Below, in pieces: positions 46,600-64,000 of a stretch of 64,000 nt of DNA. Both the position numbers and the translations under genes were made by a program. The notes beneath the pieces were generated by a model. It did no database searches, was not told the DNA's origin, and was given only the letters and a program-made list of their open reading frames with translations. This DNA is from the human T2T-CHM13v2.0 reference genome, Homo sapiens, in NCBI RefSeq assembly GCF_009914755.1, contig NC_060927.1. One strand, written 5' to 3'. Numbering within the stretch: position 1 is the stretch's first letter; every line of letters begins with the position of its first letter.

Positions 46600-46790
46600 A
46601 GTGTACTGGTTAAGAGCACAAACTCTGGAGCCAGGTTGCCTGAATTTGAAGCCTGGTTCTCCCGCTTACAGGTTGTGAGATCTTGAGCAAATTACTTGAC
46701 CTATCTGTACCTCAGTTTCCTTATCTATAACATGAGCATAATAATAACAACTTGTTAGGAGGTTTGTTACAAGGAATATTTCATAATATT
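46600..46790 (+). mobile_element. MIR, 3'-truncated next to the L1PA fragment
   Basis: ggttaagagcacaaactctggagccag...ttgagcaaattacttgacctatctgtacctcagtttcc. Confidence 0.85.
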
Positions 46791-46791
46791 T

Positions 46792-47946
<1,155 letters not shown>

Positions 47947-50900
47947 TAATCAGCTATTTTATGGAGTTTTTACCTATTGCTTCTATTATTTTTATCATTT
48001 GATTATTTGGGTTTTCTATGCATATAGTCAAATAATCTCCAGATTGACATTTGCATCTTTCCTTCCAATTTTTATGTTTCAACTTTTCTCATCTAATTGC
48101 CTTAGTGAGGATAGCATGGCTCTAATATTTCACTATTAAATGTGATGTTTAAAGCTTAATTTTCACTTCCTATATAATGTAACTAATAATAATGATGATA
48201 GTTGCTAATAATCATTGAGTGTGTAGTGTGTTCTGTGCTCTTCACATATGTGATTGAATTAATCCTCACATTAACTCTCTAAGGAGATTTTATTATCTTC
48301 ATTTTACAGATAAAGAAACTAAACTACGGAGAGTTCATGCAAAATGTCCAAGATCACACACTTGCCTCTTATAACTAGCACTGTACTAGCCACAACACTA
48401 TAGTTATTGCTTTATCTGTCTCCTCACTACAATGTACCCTTTGAGGGTTGGAGTTCTTAAGACAAAGCCCTGAACACACTAGACATTCATAAATGTTTGC
48501 TTGGAGAAGGAAAGAAGGAGCTGGCTTCTGAGAAAACAATAGATTCAGTTTTGGATGTGACAAAAGAGAGCTGCCTGCAGAAATTCTGGTGGTGACCTCC
48601 TATAGACAATTGAATGAATATATCTTGAGCTGGGGAAACACGTTGGCTAAAGTTAAGGCCTGAAATCATGAACATCTGAGGGGCTTTGAAGTCATGAATG
48701 ATCAAAAGCACACACAGATCTAGAGTAAGTGAAAAAAGTGAGATGGTACACAACATCGTGCTATTTCCCACCAGTAATAAACAATATGCCTAGGAAACTA
48801 GGAGGATAATTTCATGCCAACACATTTTCCTAATAGATTTCTTCAATAAAAATTCTACACATATACACACATATTTAAACTATTTAAATCTAAATAGGAA
48901 TAAATTGTCTGGAAAAGAAACCCTTTCTTAGCTCTGCAGGTACACTCTATTATTCTTCCCTTCAGTGATCCTTATTGTTTTGCCTACTGTTGATATTACT
49001 TAATCTGTAGCAAATGGGCTTACCTATTGCTTTATTTTCTACTGTAGCATCTAAATTTGCCACCAATGTCTTTAATACTTCTTGAAACAACCCAATTCAT
49101 ATGTTAAAACCACTAAGTCATTAAAATAAAGTAAAACATGAAAAAATCTGGCACGCAAAAAAGTTGCACGCTCACTAACAGGACAAATTTTAATAATACC
49201 GACCAGATGTCAGGACCAAAAACTCAAGCGGAGTAAACATATAGGGAAAGCAGGCAAGATGACAGAGTCAGCTGGCGGAACCAGGCCTCCAGTGTCCTGT
49301 GTCAGTTTCTGCTTCTTCCTATCAGCAACAAACTGCAGCACCATGGCTTCCCTGGAATTCCCAGAAAACATGTTAGTCCAGTGCTGGATTTAAACACAGA
49401 ATAGAGTTGAGAGAATTCCAACGAAAAAGCTAAGATGGAAAAAGAGTTCATAATGGACTGCCTTCTGTATTTATGCCCATTTTATTTATTTGGCGGGGTT
49501 TTTACGGAGGGAAAGCAGGGAGACTGCTGAAAATAACTGAAATCCCAATTAAAACCAGGCTAAGCAATTAGGAAAAAAAAAAGTTCCATTAGGGGAAGTC
49601 TAGGGGTTGATTCAGCAGCCTAGTGATGTTAACAAGGACGCAAGCTCTTTTTATTTTTCTGCTCTGCTGGCCTTTCTTTTCCCTTCTTTCTGAGACAGGC
49701 CCACCTTGTGGGTATGCCTAATGGCAGATGCAACTGGGGCAATGGGCTTTCTTAATCACATAGAGCAGGAAAGAAAACATCTCTCCCAATTGTAGAATAT
49801 AAAGTACTCATTCTGTCTAATGGGGCAAACCTGAAATACATGCACCAATAAAACATGTTAGGTAAATTCCATGTGATGATTCTCATTTATACTAACCCAG
49901 ATCCAGCTCTAGGGTTTTGGATGAGAAGAATACATGAAAAAAGAGGAGTTTCTCTGAAAAAGGCTAAAGGAGACATTTGATGCTAAAGAGGAAACAGATC
50001 ATGTTCTCTACATGCCATCAGAAAAATATGAAGGAAACTAATAGGCACAGAGTTTGCTGTCATTTTCTAATCCAATATATTTTATCAGTTCATTGCTATG
50101 TATTTTAATTGTATTAAAAGTCATAGTGCATTTGCATATTTTAATGAAAATACTAGCTTTCTTTTAAAATAGAGTTAAGCTTATTTCCATTATATTTTTG
50201 AGCCATTTTTTGGCCAGAACAAATGTACTACTAATTTTCTAATAAGGCTCAATGTGAAATCCAACAAGGATCCAGAAATTATATAATATGAGATACATCC
50301 ACATTTCTGCATAATAGAAGGTAAAAAAAAGATAGAAAATCTTTAGAATATCCACTATTTTCTGAGTCAAGATGGCATGTTTTGTTAATTAAATCTTTCT
50401 TGTTAATAGTTAATTAGCATCTATGCCCTTTCTCAGTGGTTTTCAAAATTATGGTAGCACTGGAACATTTTTTGCAAATAAAACTGTGCATGAAATGCTA
50501 GTATAGAAAATAAGTAAGAAGTGGAATTGCTCTGAATGAAGCAGGAGTTCCACCGACTGTGCCTGTTTCTTGTTTTGTCACTGTTCCCACCATTGGGTGA
50601 AGAGTACAGGACTTATAGAACCATTTGAAAACAATTGCCCCTTATTATTGTCAAGTATCACGGAAGTAGCAAGAAACAGAGGGCTCTTGGAATTAAAATA
50701 ATGTTGTCCACAGTGCTAACCCTTTCTATGACTACTCAGATTCACATCCTTCCTAACATTAATTCACACTTTTAAAGATGTAGAAACCTCAGTCAATAGA
50801 GAATTCCATTTAATAGAACATGGTATGATTATCAAGAGAAGACTGCACTGTGAACCAAATATAACACAGTAAACAACATTCTTGTTGGAGCATATAAAAT

Positions 50901-51199
50901 TAATAGTGTGAGAAAACAGTGATTCTTTTGCAGCTGCATTATTATACATTGTTTTGTACGATTTTCCTGTTTCATCTTATCAATTATGTATTGCATATTA
51001 ATTTTCTTGTAATTTAATTATGATTTGGCTCACCCAGTTGCTATTAGCAATCAGCACAAAATAATGTAATGCATTGTAAGTAAACATATCCGTGTATAGT
51101 TAGTGCTATAGGAAATTCCAAATAAACCATTTGTTGAAATTACCAAATCTCTTTTTCACATAATAATGAGTTGAGTTTATTGTCTTGATTATATATTAT

Positions 51200-51470
51200 T
51201 AGGTGTGGGGGGTCATGAGGATGGCCTTTCAGATTTGTCACAATTTGAGAAAAGGTCAGGACTTTTCCCCCTCCCATCCCAGTGACCAGTCATTGGATCC
51301 GTCTGTCTGCAGGGAAGAGGCTGGTGCATAACCTTGGGTAATACAGCTGCCTTCTGCAGAGGACATTCTTGTGGAGGGTTCAGCTTTGAGCAGCAGCTTC
51401 TAACATTTCCCACAGCTGTGGAATGAGTGCTTCATTCCTGAAGGGAGGTCAGTGATACACCATGGCATCA
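51200..51470 (-). mobile_element. LTR16-like fragment
   Basis: ccagtcattggat...ataaccttgggt...cccacagctgtggaatgagtgcttcattcctgaaggg. Confidence 0.5.
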
Positions 51471-51559
51471 ACTTCTGACTCCAACTCGTTCCTCTAAAAG
51501 TTACTTACTAAAGAAAAATAATTCAGCTTTTATTCTGACTTTTTGAAGTGAATTGGCAG

Positions 51560-52510
51560 AGTAACCTTGTAGCATTAATGGATGAGAGGCAGTTCAATAA
51601 AAAGGAATCTCAACTACCAAATGTGAAAGGAATGAGAGAGTTGGAAAATCAACATTTTGCAGCTTCTAAGTGAAAAATCTGATTCAGACAATGGTCATCA
51701 ATAGATGTCAAAATTATGAGGGAAAATGCTGAAGGACAACTTTATAGTGAAGGGATCAGAGTTTCATCTTCTGAACTCATGAATTAATCTTAGCATCATA
51801 AAAGTTGTGCAATATGAAATACACAGCACCACTGATGAAGTCTTTTGTTCTAAAAAAAAGTTGGAACCTGCCTTTAGAGCTAGCATTGTCTACACAGTAA
51901 GAGAAACAAGTAAAACTGCACAAAGAAGCAACAGTGAAATCCGGTTAGGTGGGACCTCATGCAGGTAAATGGACCTGATTCCTTCAAAATGCCAATGGCT
52001 TGAAAAAACAAGGTGGGGTGCTAGGGGAGGAAGTGAGCAGGAAGACAGGAGGGGGAGGGTAGACTTAAAGGACGAGAAATAACAACAATAAACAATGTGG
52101 AAAATACCTTGTTTCGATCTTGATTCAAAGGGACTGTAAAAAGACAGTTTTAAGAAAATCAACAAAAGTTAAATATGGAGCGCATATTAAATAACATCGG
52201 GGAAGTATACATTAATTTTTTAAGTATGATATTACCATTGTGGATATATTAGAAAATGTCCTTACTTTTTTTGGAAATGCATTCGAAAGTATTCAGGGGT
52301 GAAATAACATAATATTTTGTATTTATTTCAAATTACTCCAGGCAAAAATAAGAAAAGGTGTAATGAGGTGGCAGGGGTTGGGAAAAGAAATGAAACAAAG
52401 GTAGCTGAGTGTTGACAATGATTAAAGCTGTGGAATAGGTACAGGGGTACACTTCCCTACTCATGCCACTTTTTCGTATGTCCAAAAATTTCCATTACAA
52501 AGTATAAAGA
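51560..52510 (+). mobile_element. L1MC-type 3' region
   Basis: tgaaaggaatgagagagttggaaaatca...cttgtttcgatcttgattcaaa...ggggtgaaataacataatattttgtatttatttcaaa. Confidence 0.65.
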
Positions 52511-53579
52511 AATTTATTTTCTAAGTTTTATGGTATTTTTCTTTCCCAGAATGAGAAAGAATGGGAATATTGAAGACTTCAGTCCATAATGTGTTTGAGG
52601 ACATGTGTGCAGAATAGTTCATTTATAAATATAACACACACTTCTGAATTTATAATTAAATACAAAGTATATGGCAATTTAGAACTTTCATTATGCCAAA
52701 AGAAAGGAATGCTTATTTTTCCTCCCTTGATGCATGTCTATTATTCAGCGATGCTAATATTGTGTAAACACAAAGCAAATGATGGAACATAATGTATACT
52801 TTCTTTAATGAAATATTATTATTCTGTTTGTGAAGAAGGGATTCTATCTCAGACTTCTAGCCCCAAGATGATACTGTCCAGCATCATTATATTTCTAGCC
52901 CAATCTACTTTTTAGCTGAAATACTCATTAAAATATGCAGGGAAACATTGTACTTTCATAATTCACTTACTGCATATCAATTTCTGAGACTGAATCTTCT
53001 GACTGTATATTTGCCCTAGTTTCTACAAATCTAGAGGCATAGTCAAATTGTAGACTGAGGTTTATATGTGTTTGAGTACTTTGAATGTTTAGACAAGGTG
53101 TCATAGTGTTGACTGTAAACATTATTGATATCAAATTGGGAGAGAGAGAATGAAAGATGAAGGATACTAAGTGTCACTGGATTCACATGTCTGAGTACAA
53201 GGACAGTGTCACGACTTCTGGCATTTCGCTCAGGATCCATGAGCCTTCAGTCAGAGTAGGGGGTTCCTGCATTACTAAGTTGTTCACTGTAATGGACATG
53301 ATGCGGAATCTTGATATTTTTTTCTTCCCAAACCAAGGATCTTTTCTAAGTTCCCATTTCTGTTTACGTGTCCGTGCAGTTTATATTCTTGAGCAAAACT
53401 AGCTGTCACTTGAAGTGTATGCTTGTATGACTAGTAGAAAATATACTCATCTTCAACTCTGGATTTTTTGTTTCAGTTCTTAATCATACCACTTGTAGTG
53501 GTCATGTAGTCACAATAAATGAGGATTTATCATATAGTTCTTAAGTATGTGGGGGTCACAGACCACTTTGAGTATCTGC

Positions 53580-54100
53580 ATCAGTCAATGTCTTTTAGTT
53601 GCAAGCAACAAAAGCCAGTTCTGCTCAATTTAAGCGGAACTCTGATACATTAAAGGTATAGTGGATAGTTTACAGAATTGTTGGGCATGATGAGGAATCA
53701 GCTTTGGGATTAGGCATGCAGGAACTCTGCCCAAAATCTTTCTTCAGAATCAGTTTCAGTGAGGACACCCCAGCTGCATCTCTGAGTATCCGTGCTAAGG
53801 CTTTGCTGCTTGAATTACCATCACCTGTCACTGGGCAGGACTGCAAAACTAGCAGCGTCCTTCTGCCACCACCGTCAGAGAGTTCCCTGCATACCCCACG
53901 TTTGGGTCTCTAGTTCCCAAATACAGTTCAGGAACACTGGTAAAGTAAGGGGCAAGTGTTCACACCACAGCTTCAAGGGAGGATACAAAAGCATTTGTCT
54001 GGCATTTTCACCTTCCACAGTGGGAGGTGAACAAGATTCATGGAAGGGCTGCCAGGTGCCAGGCAGAGAAAGGGGAAAAAAAGATAAATATCCAGTATAA
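53580..54100 (-). mobile_element. Old MLT1-type LTR
   Basis: Begins tcagtcaatgtcttttagttgcaagcaacaaaagcc, a typical antisense terminus of old MLT1 LTRs. Confidence 0.5.
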
Positions 54101-54715
54101 AACCTCGAATGAATGTTAGGTTCTTCCTAGAAAAAAAAAATACACACACACAATTTTTAAAGTATTTTGGGGTGAGTTTCTTGAAGTTTCAAGACCCATT
54201 CTTTGGATTACTAGAGAGAAAATAGATCTTGATGGTTGTAGTAGTTGCTGCTGAGAAAACAAATTCTGGTAAGCCTATAGAGAATTCATTCTAATTTAGT
54301 TCTAATTTTCAAAATCAAATATTTAAACTTAATATTTATATATCAGGTTGAGTTTAAGGTGAAAAGTATACCGATAGGTATGTGTTTAAAATTAAAACAA
54401 TTTATATAAATAATCCCTTTCCCTTATGAGTTTTATGTCTGTGAAAATAATCAATTATCATCATGTTAATGAAAGAACAGTTTTATTATTACTCATGTAA
54501 TAATAATATTAATCAGGGCCCCATCTATCTTGTCTTCAGCTGTGAGTCATACATATATATATATATATACTCTGAAAAGCAGTACTGTATCCCTCCAAAG
54601 ATATAAACATGGATGTTCCCATGGCAACATAAACAAATAAGGGTAAAACTCTCAAAGATCTCCCGTAGATGCACAAAATGAGAAGCCTCTGCCACAAACA
54701 CATTTTATGAATAAA

Positions 54716-54893
54716 CTATATATATATGACTCATATATATGGTGTATATATGACTTAATTGTGTATATATATACACACATCCAATGTGTATATATACACA
54801 TATACACTCAATGTGTATATATACACATATACACTCAATGTGTATGTATATACACATATATATGTACATGTGTATATGTATATACACACACAC
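54716..54893. repeat. TA/CA-rich microsatellite with a 27-bp minisatellite unit
   Basis: tgtgtatatatacacatatacactcaa repeated about 3 times within (TA)n/(CA)n sequence. Confidence 0.9.
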
Positions 54894-55044
54894 GTAATCC
54901 AGCTATCGAAACTTATTTCAGATAAATTTTGATCTTTTAGTTTTATCTCTCAAGAAATAAGAAAAATCTAATTCACAATCCATCACACTTGCCTCCTCTC
55001 CTCTCCTGTCTTCCCTCAGTCTCTCATATCCCCTTGATTCTCTA

Positions 55045-55258
55045 GAGTTTTGTTGTCTGATATAGTAGACATTAGCTGTATGTAGCTATTAAGCTGTAAA
55101 GTACTAATAATTAAAATGAAATGAAATTTGAAATACTCCAGTCACATGAGCCACAGACAAGTGCTCAATAGCCATGTGCAGCCAGTGGCTACATTATCGG
55201 ACGGCTCAGACATAGAACAAGTCCATAACTGCAGGAAGTTCTATTGGACGATGCCTCT
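55045..55258. mobile_element. MER3 (hAT-Charlie) element
   Basis: caagtgctcaatagccatgtgcagccagtggctac...gaagttctattggac. Confidence 0.8.
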
Positions 55259-55670
55259 ACTGTAACCGACTACCAAACTCTGACACCCGCCTGTGCAGTG
55301 TCCTGTTACCCCAGTGTCCCCAGCTCTTGAAATGAAACGGTGGACACTCAGTTCAGCCCTTCTTTTTCTTTCACTTCTCAGGTCAGCTCCTTCTCTTGCA
55401 TTTTTTCTAATTTCACATCATGAATGGATCCAGAGACTGAGCTGACAGAGACAGAAAGCTCTCTGAGAAAGAAGTAAGCATGGAGTCAGGCAGGGAATAC
55501 TTACATGTGTAGACATCTCGTCATGATCGCACCAATAATAATAATTACTATTATTTACTAAATGCCTTCTGATGCACCCAGGATTTCTACCTAATATATT
55601 ACTTCTAATGCTCATAACAACCCTTTAAGAGGGCAATTACTTCAATTTTATTTTAAAAACAAAAAGGTAA

Positions 55671-55987
<317 letters not shown>

Positions 55988-58900
55988 ATAAAAAACAAAG
56001 CTCTGAGAACTTAAATATTTCACCCACAGTCATACAGCTAGTAGAGGTTGAAGCCAGAAGTAGATGCACTATTTCTTAACTATGAGGCCCGTGTGCTTTC
56101 TGTTGCACCACTCTGAAAAGCAGTACTGTATCCCTCCAAAGATATAAACATGGATGTTCCCATGGCAACATAAACAGATAAGGGGAAAACTCTCAAAGAT
56201 CTCCCATAGATGCACTAAATGAGAAGCCTCTGCCACAAACACATTTTTTGACTAAACTCTTTGAAGGGAGAAAACCTTCTTGATCATGTCCCAGCATAGT
56301 CTGGCCACAGGCATTTTAAAGATTCAAAACTCATTATAAAAACGAATAAGAAATATTTTCCCTTTTGGACTTCAATGATACGTTCCAACTCTTCTAGTTC
56401 GGCCTTAAAAATAAGTTTAAAATGTATAATCAAATAAGCAGATGGAAGAATGCCAGTTTTACCCCTCATTACTGGTAGTCTCTGCAAAACCATCTGATTT
56501 TAATCTTTTCACTTGATTTCCCTCATGTTTTAAAAATTCGTCCAGCCAGTGAGGAATAAATGCCAAACAAGTATAGTGTTATGTCTGGGGCTTGCCAGAA
56601 ATTCAAATGTAGGCATTACCAGTTTGCTATAAAAATCAGTGTAAGAAATGTTTTAATTCCACAAGCAGAAGCACAAATGCTTCTCCCTACCCCCTTAAAA
56701 ATCATGTTAAGAAAAAAGATTTTCCTTTTCTGGAATTTAAAGAGAGCTTAGCTTATAAGAAGAAAACAATACATTTAGAGGAGAAAAGAAGATGGACTTT
56801 GCTAATCTCTCCATTTTTCTTTTCCCATTTCTTCTTCACATTTCCATTGTGCCAACAGTAAAATTGTTTTTTAGAGTGCTAATTAAAGCAAATTCTAGCA
56901 AAAAAAATATTGGTATTTATCTGTTACTGGCTTAGGAAGCATATGTGTATTGCCAGACAAAATTTAACTGACATTATTTAATCAAGGAATACAACTGTTT
57001 TGCATGTAAAGTGAATTCAGAAAATCATATTTACTAGTGCCTGAGAGCACTTTACAGGAACCATATATGGTTTCAAATATTAACAAACGCTATCACATGG
57101 AGAGAATATGGTTTCCAAATATCCTATCTTGTTTAGTGAAGCAAGTATAGATTATATTTACTGAATCTTGATTTAAAAAAAGAATGAATTTCTCTACTAT
57201 TAAAGGTGAATCATCATAAAGCCAAGATAGAAAAACAGAGAGAGAGAGAGAGAAAGAGAGACAGATTTTAAACACAGTAAGAAGAGACTCCCAAGCTATT
57301 TTCAGGGTAGAAATAAATATTATCTTAGTTGTAGTTGCATCTGTAGACATATCTTTACAGTCCTTTATATTTGTTAACCCAACTAAGAACCTAAAATGTT
57401 TCCAACTCTACTGCCCTGGTTTCGCATTTAGTAAGGCATTAAATCCTCAGGATTTGTGAATAAGCTTTCTTCCAACCTATAGAAATGGTTCTAATCGTGT
57501 TCCAGAATTAGAAATAATAAAAAGTCACCAAACTGAGAATCCTGTGACTCTGCCTACTCTCCTCCCCTTTCCAGGTCCCACTCATATGTCACCTCCTCTC
57601 TTCCTAGACAACAACCTTGAAAAGTGGCCTCTCCTTCCCTTCTATCTTACACTACCACATATGTCAAGTATGACTAACTCATGCAGAAAAGGAGTTTATT
57701 TCAAGAATATTGAGGAGCTAAAGGCATAGGAATTGACCATAATTGTAGTGATTGATATCTCAGCAGAGCTCAGCAACAAGGTCAGTCAAAGGGGTTAACA
57801 ATTTCATCAGCTACAACTAAATTTTTCAATTTTTGAGTCACTCTGGAAGACAGTGGAACAGGCATGATCTGGTTCACAAGATCTTACTTTGGCTAAAAAA
57901 ATGCAGAGCGCTTTGATTTATAGCCCTCCAAGACTGCAAGAGGAAAATAATTCCAAAAACTGAATTGGGTACTGTCGCTGAAAGGAGGAATGCATGTTAA
58001 GCAAATGGTGACTGCACTACTCATATATCAATTCATCAGGCTCTGCCTAAAAATGTCCTTTGGTTTTCATCCTCAAATGTTATTTAGGTTGCATTTTGTA
58101 ATTTAACTTTTACTTATCTTCATCTTTCCTACTACATTGTCAGCACCTCAAAAGCAAAAATAACTTCTTTCTTTAAATCACCTACAGTGCTTTGTATAAA
58201 GCAAATGCTCAATAAAATTTTATTGATTTACAACTAGAAATAACAACTTCTTAAAGGTCAGCTTCACTTCACAGTAAAATCACTTTGTGTTTTTCCATTC
58301 AACCTCTTAAAAAGACAGGTTTTCAATATTTGCAGCTGTTTGTTCTTTCAACAATATTTAGTATTTTTGGGGGAAGAGGAATCGCTGGGAGTAGTTGCTG
58401 AGTACAGAAAGAATGTGTCAACAGATGAGGAGCTTAGCATTCACATAGGGCGTATTAATCTTAAATATTTACATCACACTGTAAAGATATCAGTGATTGC
58501 CAAGTGATGAAACTGTGCCCAACGAACTGCAGGATCTGAGCTCCAAGACTCAAAATTATGTCTGACCACTTTCTATTGTTTACTGAAAATACAGCACATT
58601 GGACAAGGGTTCTAACCTTCATAGTGATAAACAAAAGGCTCTGTGCAGGGGGTTATCATCAGAGCTCTAGAGGCACATTTCCCACAGCTGTTAGTAAGAG
58701 GCAAACATTGGCCTGCAAAGCAAACCATGGAAACATGATACCTGCCTTTTCCTAACTGGCTGTTTCAATCTATGTGTTATTTGCTCCCTTTGGCCTCCAG
58801 TTCCCTCTCCTGAAAAATAAAGGTGCTAGACTACAACATCTCTATGATCATTCCCAACTCTACTATTCTCCGAATCTATGTTTCCGTGACTCTCCTCTTC

Positions 58901-59839
58901 AAATAAACAAAGCATACCTTACTACTGCTAGTAGTTCTAATAATAATGGCTAACATTTACTGAGTTCACACTAAGACTGAAAGATTTACATAGCTGTTAT
59001 TCACTACAATCTTATCAGGTAGATATTAACTATCTCCATGTTATATGTGGAAAAAAAAAAGCTGAGATGTATATATGAAAAAACTGAAGATGCAACTAAG
59101 TAGCAACTTACCTAAGATCACAAAACTAAAATAAGGTCAGGATTCATATCCAATTCTATTTCACTCCAGAGATTGGGCTATCAATTGCTGTAATCTACAA
59201 CTTTGCAAATATCCACTGTAACTGTAAATTCAGCCATGTTAAATCAGTAGATGAGAGAGTATCTACCTAAGCTTCTGACTAGAAACAGTGTTTTAGAGCA
59301 TTAAGCATAGATAATCAAATAGCCACAACCATTTTGATATCAGAACACAGTTCTCTTTTTGCTGTGGTACATTATCATTTCTCTGTGGTACATCTTGACG
59401 TATCACCATGATGTTCATATGCCTGGATTGAGAAAGAAGAGTAGTTAAGAAACCATCATCCAATCCAACAAGATCCATGGAATATCTATTTCCAGTGGTT
59501 GCAGCTGCCTGGAGTGAGGCAGAAGACTTCCATCTCAATTACTTAAAAGTAGTGGTTCATTTTTATAGATGATACCTCTGGAAAGGAAGATCAAATATGT
59601 GTTTGCTTGTTATATTTGCTGAAGTCCTGCCTCAAACAAAATTGCACAAAAGTAAGTTTATTTTTGTCACCTTCATTTTTTCAATGCCACCCTTTCAGTA
59701 GTGCTTCTTCCTCTTCTCAGGCTTCATACTCTCATTCTCTCCTTTTTTCAAATCCTGATCTTATAAACCATCAAGACAGAAAAATGTCTCAAGGTGTGTA
59801 TGAATGAAAGCAAAAGGTATGAGTGCAGAGACTATCTGT

Positions 59840-60340
59840 GTTGACATGACTTAATTAAGAATACAGACCAGCTATGTCATCATGAATTAGTTATTTGTTC
59901 CAGGAAACTTTGCCTAGGAGAGATAAAGCTGTAAACCAATGAAAACAAAACAAAACAAAACAAAAACACCTCACTGTTTCAGGAAATTTCTACAGAGTAC
60001 TTATCAGAGATAAGAGTCTGCTCACCTGGGCAAACATTTTCTTATCATACCAAATTACCAAGCCTTGTTTCAAGACCCTCACTTCACAGGGTCTACAAAT
60101 TTTTAACTAATATATTACAAATTTTGCCCAATTCAAATGAGTTCCTCAGTTTGAAAGACATACTTCAAACCATGTCAGCTCAGATCCCAAGGCACTAAAA
60201 TTAAATCATTTCTGACTTTCTCCTTCTGAGTCACTGTTATGACTATTAAGGTAAACGTCTTTCTAACTGCAGTGAGCTCTAATAAATTTAGCATTGCTTT
60301 ATTAATAGGTTGCCTGGTGATTTGGGGAGGAGTCCAATAG
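59840..60340 (+). mobile_element. Old ERV1-class LTR (MER89/MER90/MER110-like)
   Basis: 3' part actgcagtgagctctaataaatttagcattgctttattaataggttgcctggtgatttgggg resembles this group. Confidence 0.45.
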
Positions 60341-60683
60341 GCATTATATGTAAAATGTATTACTTATATTTCTCTAGGTCACAGCAGCCTGGGAATACAA
60401 TGTTCAAGTACGTAATATCATTTCTCTGATTAATTACTGGCAAAGACAAGAGTTAAATATGCCCACTTAGTCATAATTGCAGAATCTCAGCTCCAAAACT
60501 ACCAACCTATTACTTTTTTATGTTTTTTTTTTAAAAGCAAGGTCCTGCTCTGCAGCCCAGGCTGAAGTGTAGCAGCACCATCATATTTCACTGCAGCCTT
60601 GGCCTTCAGGGCTCAAATGATCCTCCCATCTCAGCCTCCTGAGTAACCGGGATTACAGGCACATGCCTCCACATGCAGCCAAT

Positions 60684-60983
<300 letters not shown>

Positions 60984-60997
60984 TAAAGAATTGTGTA

Positions 60998-63076
<2,079 letters not shown>

Positions 63077-63669
63077 AAAGAATTGTGTAGAGATGGAGTC
63101 TAGCTGTGTTGGCCAGGCTAATCTTGAACTCCTAGCTTCAAACAATCCTCCCACTTCAACCTCCCAAAGTGCTGAGGTTATAGGCATGAGCCACATGCTT
63201 GGCCAAAAACTACCAATGTATTTCTAAAAGACCTGAAATATGTCTCAAATGTACTCTTAACCCAATCTTCTCATTATCCATTGACTACTGAGGCTTCTAC
63301 TACATTCAGATTTAAATAAAGGAAACAGCACTATAATTGGAAGCCAGTATTAAGCTTTTCCCTTGGCTGTGCAACTACTGGCATCCACTAACGTCACTGA
63401 CCGGGCTGACCACCACTTAGATCATTGCTGGCTTAGCATTCTGAGCTGACCACATGTTCAAAGCTAGCCAAAGCCAGTGCTGCTCATGCCACTGCTTCAA
63501 GGGCTGAAGGTGAGGAGAACTCATAGTGAGGACTACTCATGAGGTTACCCTGTGTAAGCCATTACCTGCTGCACATATGTGTAGGGCTAGTGGGTGGCCA
63601 CATATTACCATTATTGATGAGCAGTTAAACAATGAGGGGCAAATGAGTAGAATATAAAGAATTAAAAAC

Positions 63670-64000
63670 ATATTTATTCATTTATTCCTTCTTTCATGCA
63701 CTCAACATATATTTTAGTGTCTTCTGGCTGTGACAAGAAGTAATTCATTAATGTCCTCAAAGTGTTAGTATCTATAGAGCAGTTTTGGCATCCATTCATC
63801 ATTCACCCCCATCTATACTGAGCACCTTCTATGTCACAGACAATGCGTCTCTGGGTGTGAACAAGACAGACAGTCCTCACCTATTGCAAAAGAAGAGTGA
63901 GGAAATAGATAATGAAACAGTTGGAATATAGGATGACAGTTTCAGTGTAGGGGAAGTAGAGGGTGCTAGAAGAGCAAAAAGATAATGAACCAATCCAGAT
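63670..64000 (-). mobile_element. L2 3' fragments
   Basis: tttattcatttattcc...; catccattcatcattca...actgagcaccttctatgtcacagaca...gtgaacaagacagacagtcc. Confidence 0.65.

Noticed and set aside
54705-54925. Repetitive ORFs on both strands (CVYIHI...)
   Set aside because: Translation of a TA/CA microsatellite.
59293-59600. 81-aa minus-strand ORF and a good minus-strand acceptor at 59578
   Set aside because: No recognisable protein and no convincing matching donor.

Overview
Primate, human-like genomic DNA (AluY, L1PA3/4 and LTR12 are present). It is AT-rich and dominated by interspersed repeats. I see no CpG island, recognisable protein-coding gene, RNA gene or CRISPR array. The recognisable long ORFs in the track are L1 ORF1/ORF2, Tigger1 transposase or Alu translations. 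Main elements: a decayed ERVL (HERV16-like) provirus with an LTR16-like 3' LTR (1.6-6.0 kb); an old L1PA (about L1PA10-13) with both ends present and several internal rearrangements (9.9-16.5 kb); an LTR12 solo LTR inside an AluY inside an L1M inside an older LTR (20.2-22.3 kb); two twin-primed L1PA3/4 insertions (27.3-31.4 and 61.0-63.1 kb); a near-complete Tigger1 (37.6-40.5 kb); and a tail-less internal L1PA fragment (46.8-47.9 kb). The most unusual signal is that the two twin-primed L1s, 31.6 kb apart, share a run of apparently non-consensus variants, suggesting gene conversion or a single donor. There are also two short non-tandem local duplications (one copies an RFX/FOX motif cassette into a TA microsatellite), several fold-back junctions, and candidate minus-strand exons, one apparently split by an L1. 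I find no convincing new biological system. Subfamily names come from recalled consensus sequences, and boundaries of old repeats are approximate.
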